Positions 56,993 to 64,000 of a stretch of 64,000 bases of DNA are shown one piece after another. Position 1 is the first letter of the stretch. Every line of letters begins with the position of its first letter. A program made the position numbers and the translations under genes. A model generated the notes under the pieces. The model saw only the letters and a program-made list of their open reading frames with translations, had not been told where the DNA came from and did no database searches. This DNA comes from Camelus ferus (Eukaryota). The stretch lies in the NCBI RefSeq assembly GCF_009834535.1, contig NC_045699.1:74648001-74712000 (forward strand). The letters are read 5' to 3'.

Positions 56993-57559
56993 GGTGTGGC
57001 GACCAGACCGACCGGAAATGAACTTACCAGGCCGCTCATCTAATGGGCCTCCCGTGCTCTGGTCTCGCCCTTTGGAGCCTCCCTGCCCAGCTAGTGTCTT
57101 CTGGCTCAGCACCTTGTTTGGGAGGGGACTGGAGGAAGGGAGTTGCTATGCAGTTTGAGTGAGCCACGTGCAGACCGGCCGGACGTTGGATGCAGGGAGC
57201 GCAGAAGTGTGCCCTTGCTCGCGAGAAGCTGAGCATCCTGGGGACAGGTGGCTGCTGGCATGCAGGCCGGGCCCGTCTGGCCCGTTACCTGGGGAGTGTT
57301 TGGCACTTCCAACACTGAAGCACAGAGGCCAGCAGGGCGGGAAGCGGCCCATCTGCTCCTGCCTGGGCTGAGCCCAGGCGTGAATTCCGGGAGCGTTCCC
57401 GCAACGCGAGTCGGGGTTTGGTCCTCCTCCAAGGCTGGCCAGGCCGCCAGCTGCCCTGGAGCAGGTGTCTTGGAGGTGGGGGCTGGTAGGACAGGTCGGG
57501 TGCTCCCTGGACACAGGTCCCCCTAGTTACACCTAGGCCTGCACCTTGTGCGTGAAAAG

Positions 57560-57805
57560 AGCCTGTCACCCAGCGCGCAGCACAGCCCGAACCTGCCGCC
57601 AGCGGGCCACACGGGTCAGGCCCACGGCGCGGCCCCTTTAAGTGCAGTCCTGCCGGCCGCCATCGGGGGCAGCACCGAGCGGCCCGGCGGCCTCGCGCCG
57701 CTGCCTCGAAGCTTCTGCCGGTGCCGGGGACGCGGCGAAGTGGGGGACGGCGGAGCGCGCGCCGGCCTGAGCAGCCCACCGGGCGCGGTGGGGAGCACCG
57801 CCCAG
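57560..57805 (+). promoter_or_regulatory. AJM1 CpG promoter and probable non-coding first exon
   Basis: CpG island with a strong donor CAG|GTAAGG at 57805/57806. A second leader exon is predicted at 59485-59568 (TCCTCCTGCAG| ... CAG|GTAAGC), and the acceptor of the coding exon is at 59643/59644. Confidence 0.6.
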
Positions 57806-59665
57806 GTAAGGGGTCCGGGGCAGTTGCCCATCGCATCCTTCGCGGGTGGGGCACCCGCAGGGATGCGGGTGCTGCCCCGAGAGGACGCGGGCAGGTCTGC
57901 ACCCGGGCTCTCCCGGAGCCAGGGACGGCCTGCGCGGCAGGGAAGGCCACCCGCGGGGCTCATTAGGCCCAGGACCCCGGCGGGGGTGGACCTTCCCATC
58001 CCATCCCCACGGGAAGGGGTGTCGCCCAGTCTAGCTCCTCACTGCAGCAGCATCAAGGCCGGGCTGTCACCTCCCTGGGGCGGAGCCTCAAGCCCTGTCA
58101 TCCAGCCCCCAATTCCGGCCTGGCTTTGAGCTTAGGATGGAAGTGGGTGGGAGGGTGATGGTCCTGGGAACCAGGAATAGTTGAGGGGATAGGCTGGGAA
58201 CTGGGATGGGGACAGACACTGGGCCAGGGTGGCCCTGACTGGGCAGGGCAGCCCTGCCAGCAGGAAGCCCCTTGCACACCTGGGACACAGAGGATCATCC
58301 AGACCAGAGGTCCTGCCAGCTGAGGGTCCAGCTCTCCGCTTTCCCCATCTCACCCTGGAGCATGCTCCCCCCGACGGTGGGAGGGGCAGGGGACCCTGCT
58401 TCCACTGACTGAGCCCCCCTCCCCAGCCTCTCCAGGCTCCTGGCATCACAGAGAAGCTGGTGGTCCAAGTCTGAATGTGAGCCTGGCTGGGAGGGGCGGA
58501 TCCGAGCCCAGCCCGCAGGCGGGGGCGTGGAACCTCAGGTTTCCATGGAGCCTTCCCGAGCTTCTGTGGGGAGGGCCTTCCTGGGAATCAGGGGTGGGCT
58601 GCGGGGGCTTTACCCGCCCACTGCCCTGCTTCCCCTGCTGGCAGACTCCTGGCCTGGTGCACTGCTCAGGGAACCAGGGGCAGCCTTGAGCTCCGGCTCA
58701 CACACCCCCACGTGGTCCTACAGCCGGGTTCTGGTTTCCAGCTGTAGTGCACCGGCTGCAAAGCTGAGAGGGTCTCTCCTTGGGGTTTCTCATGATAGCC
58801 CCAAAGACCTTGGTGGATTTCAACCACCCCAAGATAAGTCAGAGAATGTTTCTGCAAATGAAAGGGGGGCATGAGGGCCCAGGTATGATCTTTGGATGCA
58901 TTCTGGCCTGGGCCACATGGAGAGCTGAGAGTGGGGCAGGCAAGTCTGTGAGCTTAGATGCCATGTCTGGACCTGATGGGGCCACCTCAGGGCCCCCTGG
59001 GGCCTCAGTACTGGGGCTTGACACAGTGTGGGAAAGGATTCCATGACCAGCCTGGTCAGCAGGTAGAGGGGAGGCTCGGGTGACTGAGCAGAGCTGATAA
59101 GGGTAGAGCCTGGGGCTGCCCTCAGACTGCACCATTGGAGGGAGGGCTCGCTCTGCACTGAGTGCCAGGAGGGGGCTTCGGTCACCTACAGGCTTTATGG
59201 AGCCAACACCTATAAAGAAATCTGTAAAGGTCCCAAATGAGCAGTCATTCCAGCTGTGGGCACCACAGTGGTGGTCCTAGGACCACACTCCCACTCTTCC
59301 TCCCAGAAAGAGGTCTACCTACACCTGCCCAGTGGTCACTAGTGGGTGCAGGAGCTTGGGAACCACTGCAGTGACATCCCCTTTCTGGCTGACCTGCCTC
59401 ATCCCAGCAGAAACTGGCCCAGAAAGGATGGTCTGGATACGGGGGCAGGATCTGAGTGGCTGGACAGCTGGGTTCCTCCTGCAGGTGCTTCTGACGCCAG
59501 CATGGAACAAGCGCCTGAGGCCTCGGCCAGGGCCCGGCACCAGGGCTGCCCTGCCCACTGTGCCCCAGGTAAGCCTGGCCAGCGCTGGGGGTTAGCAGGG
59601 CCTGGGCTGCAGAGGGGCTGCCCTGACCCGCGTCTCCCCCCAGGGCGAAAGCCCCAAAAGGCTGA

Positions 59666-62623
<2,958 letters not shown>

Positions 62624-63689
62624 ACCCGGGGGCGCGTCCTGGCCCTGCCCAGTCCACCCAGAGCCCACCCTGAACCCCATCCAGTCCACCTGAGCCCCGC
62701 CCAGTCCACCTAGGGCCCACCCACCTAACCCCACCCAGTCCATCCCGAACCCTGCCCCTGCCACGCCTTGAGTCCCCCAGGCCCCGCCCAGCTTTCCGCA
62801 AGCTCCGCCCATGTCCCGCCCCTTTGCGTTCTCCACAGGCCCCGCCTTTCCCTCCCCGCCCTCGCCTATTATTCCGCACCCCTCCAAGCCTCGCCCAGCT
62901 CCTTTCTCCCCAAGCTCGCCCTCGGGCCTCCCCAGAGGCCGGTCCTCGGCCGCTTGGTGCTTCCCGCTGGGAGGTGGGGTGGGTCTGAGGACCGCTCCGC
63001 CCCTTCACGCAGAAGGGTCACTACTGCAGACCCCACCGCACACATCCGGTTCGTCCGTCCCCTGTCCATCTGCAGGGCCTCCCTGGAACCTTCCCAACCC
63101 TGGCTCGCCCTGGTCCAGGAGCCCGTGTTGACCAAAGCCTAATCCCGTCCCTTTAAACTCACCCTCCCACCCGCCTCCCGTGGTCTGGAATGCGTCCTGC
63201 TCAGAGGCCTTTCCTCTCTAGAGGACACCCTGATTGGGCTCCGTGTGTCCGCGTCACGAGTATGCTCCAGCCTGGTGGGCCGGGCCGGCGTGTAACTGCG
63301 CGGTTTGTTTCTCCCGGCCCCCGCTGTGCCAGACCTTGAGCACGCACATTGACGGCGCTACCCTTCCTGCTGCAGGGTTTGGGGCTAGAGGCAGTGAAGG
63401 GGTACTCGGCATGGGAGGGTCTTCAGCCAAGGCACAAGACACGCCGCCAGAAGGAAGGGGTTCCTGGGCGGGGGAAGCACAGGTTATGTGTAGGGGCGCC
63501 GGCCAGTGCTGAGACCTGGTTGGGCGAGCAAACGGCAGCGCAGGCCGTAACCTCACAGGGAGACAGGAAGCAGGTGAAGGATGGATGAGCGGGAGGGGCT
63601 GAGGAAGCCGTCCAGGAGAGCCCCTATTCTCTGGAGTACAGAGGACAGAAGAGGAGGGGCGTTCCCAGTTTGGAACCGGGAGGAGGAAG

Positions 63690-64000
63690 CGTAGATGGGA
63701 ATAGGTGAGGGAGCGAGCTAGTCCGCCAGGGCGGTGGTCCATCCGGAGAGATGGGGGCATGATTGCACAAACACCCCCGTGCTCGCGCCCGCGCGATCTG
63801 GCCGCGCTCCGTGGTGAGGGCTGGACACGCGAGGCTTGCAGCCCAGTTCTGGTTCCCTGGAGCGCAAGTTCCGGTGTCCCTCGTATCCCGCCCTCCCCCG
63901 GGGTGCGCTCCAAATATGGTTAGTGACCTGCAGAGGGGGTGAGGCCAGGCGCCCGCCAGGGCCCTCCTGTAGCCCACAAACCTCCATCGGGGCCAAGTGG
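63690..64000. promoter_or_regulatory. CpG-rich segment, probably the upstream part of the next gene's promoter (PHPT1 by synteny)
   Basis: CpG density rises again (GCTCGCGCCCGCGCGATCTGGCCGCGC). No PHPT1 coding sequence is in the window, so the assignment is by gene order only. Confidence 0.4.

Overview
This is mammalian, very GC-rich genomic DNA. It is probably camelid, judged from tRNA-derived SINEs of the vic-1 type, and it is syntenic with human 9q34.3. The minus strand carries an epididymal-type lipocalin cluster: LCN6 (exons 1-2 only, the rest lies left of the window), LCN8 (7 coding exons, 172 aa) and LCN15 (6 coding exons plus a 3'UTR exon, 192 aa). The plus strand carries TMEM141 (108 aa), CCDC183 (14 exons, 534 aa), RABL6 (15 exons, 719 aa) and AJM1/C9orf172 (single coding exon, 975 aa). 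The window ends in a CpG-rich stretch that by synteny should be the PHPT1 promoter. I assembled each gene model by hand; all junctions are GT-AG and the frames close without stops. Gene names rest on my recollection of the orthologous human/mouse proteins, not on a database search. The intergenic and intronic space holds decayed L1/L2/MIR/MLT1 elements, a probable ERV1 solo LTR, four vic-1-like SINEs and several GC-rich VNTRs. I do not see convincing evidence for a wholly new biological system. The best leads are regulatory or evolutionary: a strong-Kozak spliced uORF just before the AJM1 start, two uORFs in the RABL6 leader, splice and poly(A) signals for an antisense RNA from the RABL6 promoter across CCDC183, nuclear-receptor elements and a half-site VNTR near the lipocalin promoters, apparent absence of LCN5, and a weak fibrinogen-domain (ficolin-like) relic between LCN15 and TMEM141.
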